NCBI RefSeq assembly: GCF_032444005.1
Contig: NC_091286.1
Location: forward strand, 405,604,001-405,668,000
DNA from: Ranitomeya imitator
Taxonomy: Eukaryota
Length of the DNA: 64,000 nucleotides
Direction of reading: 5' to 3'
Numbering within the stretch: the stretch's first letter is position 1; each line of letters starts with the position of its first letter. The notes beneath the pieces are model-generated. The model searched no databases. It was not told the origin of the DNA and saw only the letters and a program-made list of their open reading frames with translations. This document shows, in pieces, positions 22,879-36,563 of this stretch. The translations under genes were made by a program, and so were the position numbers.

Positions 22879-25800
22879 ATAATAATAATAATTTTTATTT
22901 ATATAGCGCCAACATATTCCGCAGCACTTTATAATTAAGCGGGGACATGTACAAACAATAAATTTGGTACGAGTTAAGACAATTTAAACAGTGACATTAG
23001 GAGTGAGGTCCCTGCTCGCAAGCTTACAATCTACAAGGAAATGGGGGGACACAATAGGTGAAAAGTGATTATTTCAGGTCTGGCAATTATAATAAATAGG
23101 GATTTTCATACAAAGCTGCATAATCCGGTCATCAGCCCGTGTGTTTAAGTGCAATAGTCAAGTATCAAGTGCAGTTATCATGTGCATGGAGGGTGTGGAG
23201 ACAGAAGAATAGTAGGGTGAAGATTCAGAATAATATTTGGAAGGAGGGAACAGGGCAAAGTTAGTTTACTGAGTAGTTGATGTGGTGGGCTTGTTTGAAG
23301 AGATGGGTTTTCAAAGCGCGCTTGAATAGGTCGGGGCTAGGTATCAGTCTGATCATCTGGGGAAGTGCATTCCAGAGAGCTGGCGCAGCACAAGAGAAGT
23401 CTTGGAGACGGAGGTCTGAGGTTCGGATTACAGGGGATGTTAGTCTTAGGTCATTTGTAGAATGGAGGGCACGTGTAGGGCGATAGAGAGAGGAAATATA
23501 AGGTGGTGCAGAACTGTGGATAGCTTTGTGGGTGAGAGAGATGAGTTTATACTGGACCCTGTAGCAAATGGGTAGCCAGTGTAATGACTGGCACAAGACG
23601 GAGGCATTAGTGAAGCGGCTGGACAGAAATATGACTCTGGTTGCAGCATTCAAGATGGATTGGAGAGGAGAAAGTTTGGTAAGAGGGAGACCGATCAGAA
23701 GAGAGTTGCAGTAGTCCAGACAGGAATGAATAAGAACGACAGTAAGAGTCTTAGCAGTTTCAACGGTGAGAAAAGGTCGGATTCTGGAGATGTTTTTAAG
23801 ATGCAGGTGACAAGAGCGAGTGAGTGATTGGATATAGGGAGTAAAGGAAAGTTCGGTATCGAATATGACCCCAAGACAGCGGGCATGCTGCTTGGGAGTT
23901 ATGGTTGAACCCTCCAGGGTAATTTCGATGTTGGGTAGAGTGAGGTTAGTAGAAGGGAGAAACACAAGAAGTTCCGTTTTGGAGAGATTTAGTTTCAGGT
24001 AGAGGGAAGACATGATGTTAGAGACAGCAGAAAGACAATCCTTGGTATTTTGAATTTGGGTAGGGGTGATTTCAGGGGAAGAAGTGTATAATTGGGTGTC
24101 ATCAGCATAGAGATGATACTGGAACCCAAATCTGCTGATTGTTTGTCCAATAGGGGCCGTGTAAAGAGAGAAGAGGAGGGGGCCTAGGACTGAGCCTTGC
24201 AGAACCCTGATAGTAAGGGTACCGTCACACTAAAACGACGCTGCAGCGATACGACAATGATGCCGATCGCTGCAGCGTCGCTGTTTGGTCGCTGGAGAGC
24301 TGTCACACAGACAGCTCTCCAGCGACCAACGGTCCCGAAGTCCCCGGGTAACCAGGGTAAACATCGGGTTACTAAGCGCAGGGCCGCGCTTAGTAACCCG
24401 ATGTTTACCCTGGTTACCAGCGTAAACGTAAAAAAAAACAAACACTACATACTTACATTCCTGTCGCGTCCCTCGGCGCTGTGCTTCTCTGCACTGACAG
24501 TGAGCGCCGGACAGCCGGAAAGCAGAGCGGTGACGTCACCGCTGTACTTTACGGCTGGCCGGCGCTCACCAGTCAGTGCGGGAAGCTGAAGGCGAGGGAC
24601 ATGACCAGACACCGGGAATGTAAGTATGTAGTGTTTTTTTTTTTTTACATTTACACTGGCAACCAGGGTAAATATCGGGTTACTAAGCGCGGCCCTGCGC
24701 TTAGTAACCCGATGTTTACCCTGGTTACCAGTGAAGACATCACTGAATCGGCGTCACACACGCCGATTCAGCGATGTCAGCGGGAGATCCAGTGACGAAA
24801 TAAAGTTTCAAACGATCTGCTACGACGTACGATTCTCAGCGGGGTCCCTGATCGCAGTAGCGTGTCAGACACAGCGAGATCGTAAGGATATCGCTGGAAC
24901 GTCACGGATCGTGCCGTCCTAGCGATCAAAGTGCCACTGTGTGACGGTACCCTTAGGGGACGAGGAGAGGAAGAGGAGTCGGCAAAAGATACAGTGAAGG
25001 AGCAGTCAGAGAGGTAGGAGGAGAACCAGGAGAGGGCTGTGTCCTTGAGGCCTATAGAGCGGAGCATAGTGAGGAGGAGCTGGTGATCCACAGTGTCAAA
25101 TGCGGCAGAGAGATCCAGGAGAATCAGCCGAGAGCAATGACCTTTGGATTTAGCTGTTATTAGATCATTAGAGACTTTAGTGAGGGCAGTTTCAGTGGAG
25201 TGTAAAGAGCGGAAACCAGATTGGTAAGGGGTCAAGAAGAGAGTTATCCAAGAAATAGCGGATTAGACGGGAGTGGACCAAGCGTTCCAGGAGTTTAGAG
25301 ATGAAGGAAAGGTTAGAGACAGGTCTGTAGTTAGCAGTGCAGTTCTGGTCCAAGGATGGCTTTCTAAGTAAAGGGGTTATGATGGCATGTTTAAATGAGG
25401 AGGGAAAGATACCTGAAGAAAGAGAGAGGTTAAATATTTTAGTCAGGTGAGTGGTGACTACTGGTGAGAGAGACTGCAGGATATGTGAAGGAATGGGGTC
25501 ACTGTTGCAGGTTGTAGGCCAAGCAGAAGCGAGGAGCTTGGAAACTTCTTCTTCTGAAACAGGCTCAAAGATGTCTAGTGAGCTTGAGGTGCGGCAGGGA
25601 AGGGGATCCAGGCACTGAGGAGATTGCGCTGAGATATTCTGATGGATGTGGTTGATTTTTTCTAAGAAATAAGTGGCCAGATCCTCACCGCTGAGGTTGG
25701 TGATGGGGGCCTGTACTTTAGGTTTCAGGAGGGAGTTTAAGGTTTCAAAAAGTCGTTTTGGGTTGTTGGATAGTGAGGTGATGAGGGTGGTGAAGTAGGA

Positions 25801-27450
25801 TGTTTAGCCAGATGAAGGGCAGAGTTATAGGTTTTGAGCATGAACTTATAGTGGATGAAGTCTTCTGCTAAGAGATTTTCTCCACTGCCGCTCTGCAAAC
25901 CTTGAGCAACACTGTAGAAAGCGTGTTTGCATAGTGTGCCAGGGCTGCCGTTGTCTGTGTCGGGTCTTTCTGCATGTAGAAGGTGCTGCTTCATCTAGGG
26001 CATTCTTCAGTGTATTATTGAAGTGTGACAATGCTAAGTCTGGACAGGAGAGGGAGGAGATGGGGGCTAGAGATGTGTGGAGATTGTCCACAAGCTGCTG
26101 GGTATTAATGGTACCTGTATTCCGATAAGTGTGGTAAGTGGGGGTGTCCCGGGTGAGGAGACAATTCTTGACAGAGAAGGAAAGAAGGTTGTGGTCCGAG
26201 AGCGGGAGAGGGAAGTTAATAAAGTCGTGCAGCAAGCCGGGACGGGAGAAAACCAGGTCCAGAGTATTCCCATCCTCATGCGTAGGAGAATTAGTAAACT
26301 GTGAGAGGCCGAATGAAGAAGTTAGAGAAAGAAGATAAGAGGCAGATTGGGAGAAGGGATCATTGATGGGGATGTTAAAGTCTCCCATGATGAGGGCGGG
26401 GATGTCACAGGATAGAAAGTGAGTAAGCCAGGTGACAAAGTGGTCTAGAAACTGGCGGAAGAAGCCTGGAGGGCGATAAACAACCGCCACTCACAAGGAG
26501 AAGGGCTTAAAGAGTCTGACAGCGTGGGCTTCAAACGAAGGAAATGTGAGTGAGGGAACCGGGGGAATGACCTGGAAAGCACATTGTGATGAAAGGAGCA
26601 AATCAATACCTCCACCCTGTCTGTTCTTAGGTCTGGTGGTATGTGGAAATTTCAGCCCACCAAACGCGAGTGCGGCAGCGGTGTTGGTGTCTGAATGCTG
26701 GATCCAGGTTTCTGTAATAGCCAGAAGGTTAAGGGAATTAGGAAAAGATTGTGAATGTAAGTTAGTTTGTTACACACAGACCGTGCATTCCAGAGAGCAC
26801 AGTGGAAAGCGATATGAGAAGGCATGCACTGAATGTTAATAAAATTAGCAGGGTTTCTATATGTAGCTGGAGGAGAGTAATGTATGCTGGTGGAGGGAGG
26901 CCCAGGGTTGGGGGAGATGTCACCTGCAACTAGTAGAAGGAGAAAAAACAGAAAGAGCAGGTGGTGGGATGATTTGTATGAACATTTTGAGTGCTGCATG
27001 GTGGAAGTGGCTGGTTTGGAATGGGTAAGAAATGTCAGTAGAGAGCCTCAGAGTTATACATGGGAGAGGGGAGAAGGGAGGGGTGGATATAGAGAGAGTG
27101 CCCAGAATGTGTTAAAGGGCGGGCGAGTTGTGAGAAAGCAGAAGTAAGAACAAATAAGAAGCAGATTGAAATGATCAATGCATAATGTAGTATGACTGAC
27201 CAAGAAGCATGATTGTTTGAAAAACGTATGCACCTTACCTGTCTCCCGCCCAACTGCCATTGTCTAACTGCCAAGCACTTTAAACTGTTGCACTTAAATC
27301 TGTTGCACACGCGAACCCGCACGCTTGCTATCCCAGCCACACTAAATATATATGAAATGGAGTGACTGCTAGCATCAGGAACCAAATGGTCACAATCAGT
27401 AATTAACCAATTAGCATAAGGCCAGAGCAGGCATTACTATGGAGGGTAAA
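22879..27450 (-). mobile_element. L2-clade LINE 1 (APE + RT, frameshifted), inserted in PLE2
   Basis: APE (VVYRPPG...GDFNI), RT (QSGFR...TETAL...[13 protein letters not shown]-terminal SRLQDFS...WNALP), and an (ATT)n tail at 22879-22892. AAGGAA occurs at both junctions. Confidence 0.88.
24217..24952. mobile_element. Harbinger-like MITE inserted in the L2 RT
   Basis: GGGTACCGTCACAC / GTGTGACGGTACCC TIRs; L2 RT sequence resumes on both sides. Confidence 0.85.
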
Positions 27451-27973
27451 AGGAAGGGTACCTGCAGCTGTTTGAGAGGACAGGGAGCTTCTGACAATGA
27501 TGCTTCTTAAATTTGAGGGCTGCCTAAAACACAGTAGTGGGGGGGTCTAGAAAAATGGATTGTAATTGGGCATCTTTTTGTAGTAAAGGTTGTAATTTCC
27601 GTGCAGCTCACCTTAGCATCTCCAGATTTGGATTGTAGGTGACTACTAGAGGCACCCGATTATTTTCTTCTTTAGCTTTGTGATGTAGCAGGTGATTCCT
27701 TGATATTCTGGTGGCTCTGGTAATTTGGTTTTCAATTGTTCTTGGATTGTAGCCCTGATTAAAAAAAAAAAAGTCTTTTTGAGGTAACCAAGGTGTTCAT
27801 TTCTATCCATGAGGTTGGAACATATACGATTGTATCTGATGGCTTGGTTGTAGACAATAGTTTTTTATGTGTTTTGGATGGAAACTGTCCCATTTAAGGT
27901 ATGTTGGACAGTTGATTGGCTTCTTATACAGGGATGTTTCTATTTCATTGTACTTTAGCTTAATGATGGTGTC

Positions 27974-28467
27974 TAGGGTTGAGCGACCTTGACTTTTTTA
28001 GGGTCGAGCCGGGTTGAGCGAAACCCGACTATCTCAAAAGTCGAGTCGAGTGAAATCGGCCGATTATGGCGAAAAGTCGAGGATCGACCGAAACACGAAA
28101 CCCAATGCAAAGCCAATGGGAATAAATTTTTTTTTTCTCTCTCTCTCTCTCTCACTCCCTCTCTCTCTCTCTCTCTCTCCCGTCCCTGAACTGAAAAGCT
28201 GGTGTTACACAGTGCAAATCGCTACAGCGCACAAGCGACAACATGGCGATAGGCGTCCACGCCCCTAAGACCTATGTCATCACTCTGCCCACGCCCCTTC
28301 ATTGGCTGAAAATGGCGCCAAGCGCGTCATACGAAACGCGACTTTGGCGCGAAAGTCGCGTACCGCATGGCCGACCCCACACAGGGATCGGGTCAGGTTT
28401 CATGAAACCCGACTTTGCCAAAAGTCGGCGACTTTTGAAAATGAACGATCCGTTTCGCTCAACCCTA
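27974..28467. mobile_element. hAT MITE inserted in the PLE2 RT
   Basis: TIR TAGGGTTGAGCGA / TCGCTCAACCCTA and 8-bp TSD ATGGTGTC at 27966-27973 and 28468-28475. Confidence 0.9.
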
Positions 28468-28693
28468 ATGGTGTCCAAAAAGTTAATTTCAGTGCTGGAG
28501 TAGTTGAGTGTTAAGTTGATGGTGGGATGAAATTGATTACACTTTTCGTGGAACGTCTTTAGCTGTGGCTCAGACTCCATCCAGATAATTAAAATATCAT
28601 CTATATGTAGCGGTAGTAGGCCAGATAGTTTATTCAATAGGTCAGTTGTGTCCTGAATGTAGCTGGGTGTATCCTTTACCAGGGGTTTAAGAA

Positions 28694-28840
28694 TACGCGG
28701 GCAGGGTCCTCATTCCTCCTGTACCAGTTATGATTTGTATTGTTTAAGATTATTGTACTTGTTTTTATTATGCATACCCCTCCTCACATGTAAAGCGCCA
28801 TGGAATAAATGGCGCTATAACAATAAATAATAATAATAAT
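28694..28840 (+). mobile_element. Severely 5'-truncated L2 3' end
   Basis: TGTAAAGCGCCATGGAATAAATGGCGCTATAACAATAAA(TAA)n stem-loop plus microsatellite tail. Confidence 0.7.
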
Positions 28841-29119
28841 ACCCTCTACCCATCCAGATACCTGCTCAGTAAGGGTGCCCACATGAAATAATTGGCCTCT
28901 CTGGATTTCCAGATTTGTGGATTTTGGGAAGTATCTAGAATGTCCCTATCAGACGTAGTCTGATCCATACATCTTTTAATTTCCATCTTTTAAATTACAT
29001 ATTTTTAATTACTTTGAATTACACTGAATTCTAGAATGCATTTGGCTACTCATCACTGCTACAATATTATGATCATCATCATCTGTACCATCTAATCGAG
29101 CTGTTTTCCTCTTCCCACA

Positions 29120-29376
29120 GGTATGCACTGACTTTCCCCAGCTCTCCCTAGCTCCTGAATGTCTCTGTATATTGCATTGACCTTCTATGGTATGCATTGA
29201 CTTTCCCCAGCTCTCCCTGGCTCCTGAATCTCTGTATATTGCATTGATTTTCTATGGTATGCACTGACTTTCCCAGCTCTCCCTGGCTTCTGAATGTCGC
29301 TGTATGTTGCATTGATTTTCTATGGTATGCACTGACTTTCCCCAGCTCTCCCTGGCTCCTGAATGTCTCTGTATAT
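29120..29376. repeat. ~68-bp tandem repeat, ~3.8 copies
   Basis: GGTATGCA unit starts at 29120, 29189, 29256 and 29324. Confidence 0.85.
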
Positions 29377-30758
29377 CTGAATGGTCAGTGTAATCCCTCC
29401 CCCATTTTTATGGCCTTTGTTTTAAATGTGAACATGTGTTCTGGCCCCACACACCCATATTCTCTCACAGCTGAGCAGTGTTAATCCTAGATATATTCTG
29501 AGCCATGAGTCTGCTCCAGACGTAGTCCACACATCTTTTAACTTACATCTTTTAAATTACATATTTTTAATTACTTTGAATTAGACTGAATTGGACTGGA
29601 AGGTAACAGAATACTAAACCACTACAATGTTTCGGCTTTTTTTCTCTTTCACACCCACACTACTTTCCTTCTTACAATCTCCTGCAATCCCTCCACCTAG
29701 TAAAGAACTAGTCATTTCTTCTTCAATCCTCCCCAGCCATCTCTCCTTCTCCTCAGAACTTTTCCTCCACATACAATCCCTTTTCTCCAGACACACACGG
29801 CCGCATCATGTCCTATCCTGCTCCCACTTTCTAACGCTCTGTCTGCTACTCCTCATCTCTGGTGACGTATCCTCAAATCCTGGCCCTCCTCAACACATCC
29901 CCACTCATTTCTAACCCCCTGCCACAATCCTTTGCACGTTTTCCCAACCATGATAACCTCATACCCATCCAGCCCCCTCTCACCTGGCTCCCCTGCCTGG
30001 TGCACTATGGAACGCACGCTCCGTCTGCAACAAACTGCCATTTATCCATGACCTCTTCATCACCAACAAACTATCCTTCCTTGGCATAACTGAAACCTGG
30101 CTCACCCCCCCTCTGACTCAGCCTCTCCAGCTGCACTTTCCTATGGCGGATTCCACCTCTCTCATACCCCTCGCTCCATTAACAAACGCGATGGAGGGGT
30201 TGGCTTGCTCCTGTCTGACATCTGCTCCTTTACTCCAATCTCGCTACCACCCTACGCTACTCTTCCCTTGTTTGAGGTGCACTCCGTCAGCATCTATTCC
30301 ACTTCCAACCTCCAGCTTGCTGTCATCTACCACCCCCTGAACTAGCCATCTCCACCTTTCTCGACCACCTCACCACCTAGCTACTTCATTTCCTCTCTGC
30401 TGACATCCCAACTATCATCATGGGTGACTTCAATATCCCCATTGACACTTCCACCTCAGTCCTCAGTAGTATCTAAACTTTTATCACTGACTGCCTCCTT
30501 TGGCCTCACTCAATGGTCCTCTGAGGCCACTCACAAAGATGGCCACAAGCTGGACCTCATCTTCACCCACCACTGCTCCCTTATTAATCTCATTAACTCA
30601 CCCCTCCCCCAGTCTGACCACAACTTACTGACATTCTCTTCCCTCTCCTCTCCCAGTGTGCAACCCCCACTCCACAAACTCACTCACCCTCACAGAAATC
30701 TCAAACACCTCAACTTACAATCACTCTCTGAGTCCCTTTTCCCTCTTACAGACATAGC

Positions 30759-33700
30759 TGTTATGAACAGGTGATTCAGAACCACAATGGACCTAGTGGT
30801 TAAGAGCACACAAAGTGACCTGATAGATACTAACATAGGACGAGCTCTGAGACGTGGGAACTCTGCTGACCGCAATCCCTAATCCTATCATACCACACTA
30901 GAGGTAGCCGTGGATTGCGCCTAACGCTCCCTATGCAACTCGGCACAGCCTGAGAAACTAGCTAGCCCTGAAGACAGAAAAATAAGCCTACCTTGCCTCA
31001 GAGAAATTCCCCAAAGGAAAAGGCAGCCCCCCACATATAATGACTGTGAGTTAAGATGAAAATACAAACACAGAGATGAAATAGATTTTAGCAAAGTGAG
31101 GCCCGACTTACTGAATAGACCGAGGATAGGAAAGATAGCTTTGCGGTCAGCACAAAAACCTACAAACAACCACGCAGAGGGGGCAAAAAGACCCTCCGCA
31201 CCGACTAACGGTACGGAGGTGCTCCCTCTGCGTCTCAGAGCTTCCAGCAAGCAAGAAAAACCAATATAGCAAGCTGGACAGAAAATATAGCAAACAAAAG
31301 TAACACAAGCAAAACTTAGCTTATGCAGGGCAGACAGGCCACAAGAATGATCCAGGAGAAAGCAAGACCAATACTGGAACATTGGCTGGAGGCCAGGAAC
31401 AAAGAACTAGGTGGAGTTAAATAGAGCAGCACCTAACGACTTAACCTCGTCACCTGAGGAAGGAAACCCAGAAGCCGCAGCCCCACTCACATCCACCAGA
31501 GGAAGCTCACAGACAGAACCAGCCGAAGCACCACCCATGACCACAGGAGGGAGCTTGACCACAGAATTCACAACAGTACCCCCCTTGAGGAGGGGTCACC
31601 GAACCCTCACCAGAGCCCCCAGGCCGACCAGGATGAGCCAAATGAAAGGCACGAACCAGATCGGCAGCATGAACATCAGAGGCAAAGACCCAGGAATTAT
31701 CTTCCTGACCATAACCCTTCCACTTAACCAGGTACTGGAGTTTCCGTCTCGAAATACGAGAATCCAAAATCTTCTCCACTATATACTCCAACTCCCCCTC
31801 AACCAAAACCGGAGCAGGAGGATCAACGGATGGAACCACAGGTGCCACGTATCTCCGCAACAATGACCTATGGAATACGTTATGGATGGAAAAAGAAGCT
31901 GGAAGGGTCAAACGAAAAGACACAGGATTAAGAACCTCAGAAATCCTATACGGACCAATGAAACGAGGCTTAAACTTAGGAGAGGAAACTTTCATAGGAA
32001 TATAGCGAGATGACAACCAAACCAAATCCCCAACACGAAGTCGGGGACCCACACAGCGCCTGCGGTTAGCGAAACGTTGAGCCTTCTCCTGAGACAATGT
32101 CAAATTGTCCACCACATGAGTCCAAATCTGCTGCAACCTATCCACCACAGTATCCACACCAGGACAGTCAGAAGACTCAACCTGTCCTGAAGAGAAACGA
32201 GGATGGAAACCAGAATTGCAGAAAAACGGCGAAACCAAAGTAGCCGAGCTGGCCCGATTATTAAGGGCGAACTCAGCCAAAGGCAAAAAGGACACCCAAT
32301 CATCCTGATCGGCAGAAACAAAACATCTCAGATATGTTTCCAAGGTCTGATTGGTTCGTTCAGTCTGGCCATTTGTCTGAGGATGGAAAGCCGAGGAAAA
32401 AGACAAATCAATGCCCATCCTAGCACAAAAGGATCGCCAAAACCTCGAAACAAACTGGGAACCTCTGTCAGAAACGATGTTCTCCGGAATGCCATGTAAA
32501 CGAACCACATGCTGGAAGAACAAGGGCACCAAATCAGAGGAGGAAGGCAATTTAGACAAGGGTACCAAATGGACCATCTTAGAGAAGCGATCACAAACAA
32601 CCCAAATGACCGACATTTTTTGAGAGACGGGGAGATCCGAAATAAAATCCATAGAGATATGTGTCCAGGGCCTCTTCGGGACTGGCAAGGGCAAAAGCAA
32701 CCCACTGGCACGAGAACAGCAGGGCTTAGCCCAAGCACAAATCCCACAGGACTGCACAAACGAACGCACATCCCGCGACAGAGACGGCCACCAAAAGGAT
32801 CTAGCCACCAAATCTCTGGTACCAAAGATTCCAGGATGACCAGCCAACACCGAACAATGAACCTCAGAGATAACTCTACTCGTCCATTTATCAGGGACAA
32901 AAAGTTTCTCCGCTGGGCAACGGTCAGGTCTATTAGCCTGAAATTTTTGCAGCACCCGCCGCAAATCAGGGGAGATGGCAGACAAAATTACCCCCTCTTT
33001 GAGAATACCCGCCGGCTCAGACAAACCCGGAGAGTCGGCCACAAAACTCCTAGACAGGGCATCCGCCTTCACATTTTTAGAGCCCGGAAGGTACGAAACC
33101 ACAAAGTCAAAACGGGAGAAAAACAGCGACCAACGAGCCTGTCTAGGATTCAACCGTTTGGCAGACTGGAGATAAGTCAAGTTCTTGTGATCAGTCAAGA
33201 CCACCACGCGATGCTTAGCTCCTTCTAGCCAATGACGCCACTCCTCGAATGCCCACTTCATGGCCAGCAACTCTCGATTGCCAACATCATAATTACGCTC
33301 AGCAGGCGAAAACTTCCTGGAAAAGAAGGCGCATGGTTTCATCACCGAGCCATCAGAACTTCTTTGCGACAAAACAGCCCCTGCTCCAATCTCAGAAGCA
33401 TCAACCTCGACCTGGAACGGGAGCGTAACATCTGGTTGGCACAACACAGGGGCAGAAGAAAAACGACGCTTCAACTCTTGAAAAGCTTCCACAGCAGCAG
33501 AAGACCAATTGACCACATCAGCACCCTTCTTGGTTAACTCAGTCAACGGTTTAGCAATACTAGAAAAATTATTGATGAAGCGACGATAAGAATTAGCAAA
33601 GCCCAGGAACTTTTGCAGACTCTTCAGAGATGTCGGCTGAGTCCAATCATAAATGGCCTGAACTTTAACAGGGTCCATCTCGATAGTAGAAGGGGAAAAA

Positions 33701-36563
33701 ATGAACCCTAAAAATGAAACCTTCTGAACACCAAAGAGACACTTTGACCCCTTCACAAACAAAGAATTCGCACGCAGAACCTAGAACACCATTCTGACCT
33801 GCTTCACGTGAGACTCCCAATCATCCGAGAAGACCAAAATATCATCCAAGTATACAATCAGGAATTTATCCAGGTACTCTCGGAAGATGTCATGCATAAA
33901 GGACTGAAACACTGATGGAGCATTAGAAAGCCCGAATGGCATAACCAGGTACTCAAAATGGCCTTCGGGCGTATTAAATGCTGTTTTCCATTCATCGCCC
34001 TGTTTAATACGCACAAGATTATACGCACCACGAAGATCTATCTTGGTGAACCAACTAGCCCCCTTAATCCGAGCAAACAAATCAGACAGAAGCGGCAAGG
34101 GGTACTGAAATTTGACCGTGATTTTATTTAGAAGGCGGTAATCAATACAAGGTCTCAGCGAACCATCCTTCTTGGCCACTAAAAAGAACCCTGCTCCCAA
34201 TGGCGACGACGACGGGCGAATATGACCCTTCTCCAAGGATTCCTTTACGTAACTCCGCATAGCGGCATGCTCAGGCACAGACAAATTAAACAGTCGACCC
34301 TTAGGAAACTTACTACCAGGAATCAAATCGATAGCACAATCACAATCCTTATGTGGAGGTAGGGCACTGGACTTGGGCTCATCAAATACATCCCGGTAAT
34401 CTGACAAGAACTCTGGGACCTCAGAAGGGGTGGATGATGAAATAGACAGAAAAGGAACATCACCATGTACCCCCCGACAACCCCAGCTGGACACAGACAT
34501 TGATTTCCAATCCAATACTGGGTTATGGACTTGTAGCCATGGCAACCCCAACACGACCACATCATGCAGATTATGCAACACCAAAAAGCGAATATCCTCC
34601 TGATGCGCAGGAGCCATGCACATGGTCAGCTGGGTCCAGTACTGAGGCTTATTCTTGGCCAAAGGAGTAGCATCAATTCCTCTCAATGGAATAGGATACT
34701 GCAAGGGCTCCAAGAAAAAACCACAGCGCCTAGCATACTCCAAGTCCATCAAATTCAGGGCAGCGCCTGAATCCACAAATGCCATGACAGAATAGGATGA
34801 CAAAGAGCAGATCAAAGTAACGGACAAAAGAAATTTCGACTGTACCGTACCAATGGTGGCAGACCTAGCGAACCGCTTAGTGCGCTTAGGACAATCGGAG
34901 ATAGCATGAGTGGAATCACCACAGTAAAAACACAGCCCATTCTGACGTCTGTGTTCTTGCCGTTCAGCTCTGGTCAAAGTCCTATCGCACTGCATAGGCT
35001 CAGGTCCATGCTCAGATAATACCGCCAAATGGTGCACAGTTTTACGCTCACGCAAGCGTCGACCGATCTGAATGGCCAAAGACATAGACTCATTCAGACC
35101 AGCAGGCATAGGAAATCCCACCATGACATCCTTAAGGGCTTCAGAGAGACCTTTTCTGAAAATTGCTGCCAGCGCACATTCATTCCATTAAGTGAGCATA
35201 GACCACTTCCTAAACTTCTGACAATATATCTCTACCTCATCCTGACCCTGAGACAGAGCCAGCAAATTTTTCTCTGCCTGATCCACTGAATTGGGTTCAT
35301 CATACAGCAATCCGAGCGCCAGAAAAAACGCATCAATATTACATAATGCAGGATCTCCTGGCGCAAGGGAAAATGCCCAGTCTTGAGGGTCGCCACGTAA
35401 TAAAGAAATAATGATCTTAACTTGTTGAACTGGGTCACCAGAGGAGCGGGGTTTCAAAGCCAGAAACAGTTTACAATTATTCTTAAAACTCAGAAACTTA
35501 GCTCTATCTCCAGAAAACAAATCAGGAATAGAAATTCTTGGCTCTAACATAGAATTCTGAACCACAAAGTCTTGAATATTTTGTACTCTTGCAGTGAGAT
35601 GATCCACACAAGAAGACAGATCTTTAATGTCCATCACTACACCTGTGTCCTGAACCACCCAAATGTCTAGGGGAAAAGAAAGACAAAACACAGTACAGAG
35701 AAAAAAAAAATGGTCTCAGAACTTCTCTTTTCCCTCTATTGAGAAGCATTAGTACTTTGGGCCTCCAGTACTGTTATGAACAGGTGATTCAGAACCACAA
35801 TGGACCTAGTGGTTAAGAGCACACAAAGTGACCTGATAGTTACTAACATAGGACGAGCTCTGAGACGTGGGAACTCTGCTGACCGCAATCCCTAATCCTA
35901 TCATACCACACTAGAGGTAGCCGTGGATTGCGCCTAATGCTCCCTATGCAACTCGGCACAGCCTGAGAAACTAGCCCTGAAGACAGAAAAATAAGCCTAC
36001 CTTGCCTCAGAGAAATTCCCCAAAGGAAAAGGCAGCCCCCCACATATAATGACTGTGAGTTAAGATGAAAATACAAACACAGAGATGAAATAGTCTTTAG
36101 CAAAGTGAGGCCCGACTTACTGAATAGACCGAGGATAGGAAAGATAGCTTTGCGGTCAGCACAAAAACCTACAAACAACCACGCAGAGGGGGCAAAAAGA
36201 CCCTCTGCACCGACTATGCGTCTCAGAGCTTCAAGCAAGCAAGAAAAACCAATATAGCAAGCTGGACAGAAAATATAGCAAACAAAAGTAACACAAGCAA
36301 AACTTAGCTTATGCAGGGCAGACAGGCCACAAGAATGATCCAGGAGAAAGCAAGACCAATACAGGAACATTGGCTGGAGGCCAGGAACAAAGAACTAGGT
36401 GGAGTTAAATAGAGCAGCACCTAACGACTTAACCTCGTCACCTGAGGAAGGAAACCCAGAAGCCGCAGCCCCACTCACATCCACCAGAGGAAGCTCACAG
36501 ACAGAACCAGCCGAAGCACCACCCATGACCACAGGAGGGAGCTTGACCACAGAATTCACAACA
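30759..36563 (-). mobile_element. Gypsy 2: full-length chromovirus, sister subfamily of Gypsy 1
   Basis: LTRs at 35772-36563 (5', 792 bp) and 30759-31575 (3', 817 bp). PPT CAAGGGGGG. 6-bp TSD CATAGC at 30753-30758 and 36564-36569. Confidence 0.97.
31507..35634 (-). pseudogene. Gypsy 2 gag-pol with chromodomain; two in-frame nonsense codons
   Basis: ORFs 35188-35691, 33781-35124 and 31507-33762 are separated by single TAA/TAG codons where Gypsy 1 has CAG. Same domains as Gypsy 1. Confidence 0.95.

Larger units (their letters stand above)
22032..28950 (-). pseudogene. Penelope-like element 2 (Neptune), decayed; pieces 22032-22878, ~27451-27973, 28476-28693, 28841-28950
   Basis: RT motifs LPKIHKSGNPERPIIS, ILKPLVKDTPSYIQDTTDLL and IDDILIIW. 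Cys cluster PCNQKKCKTC. GIY-YIG VVYLIICTKCPTGGLYVxETGQ. pLTR with a hammerhead at ~22150-22190. Confidence 0.85.
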
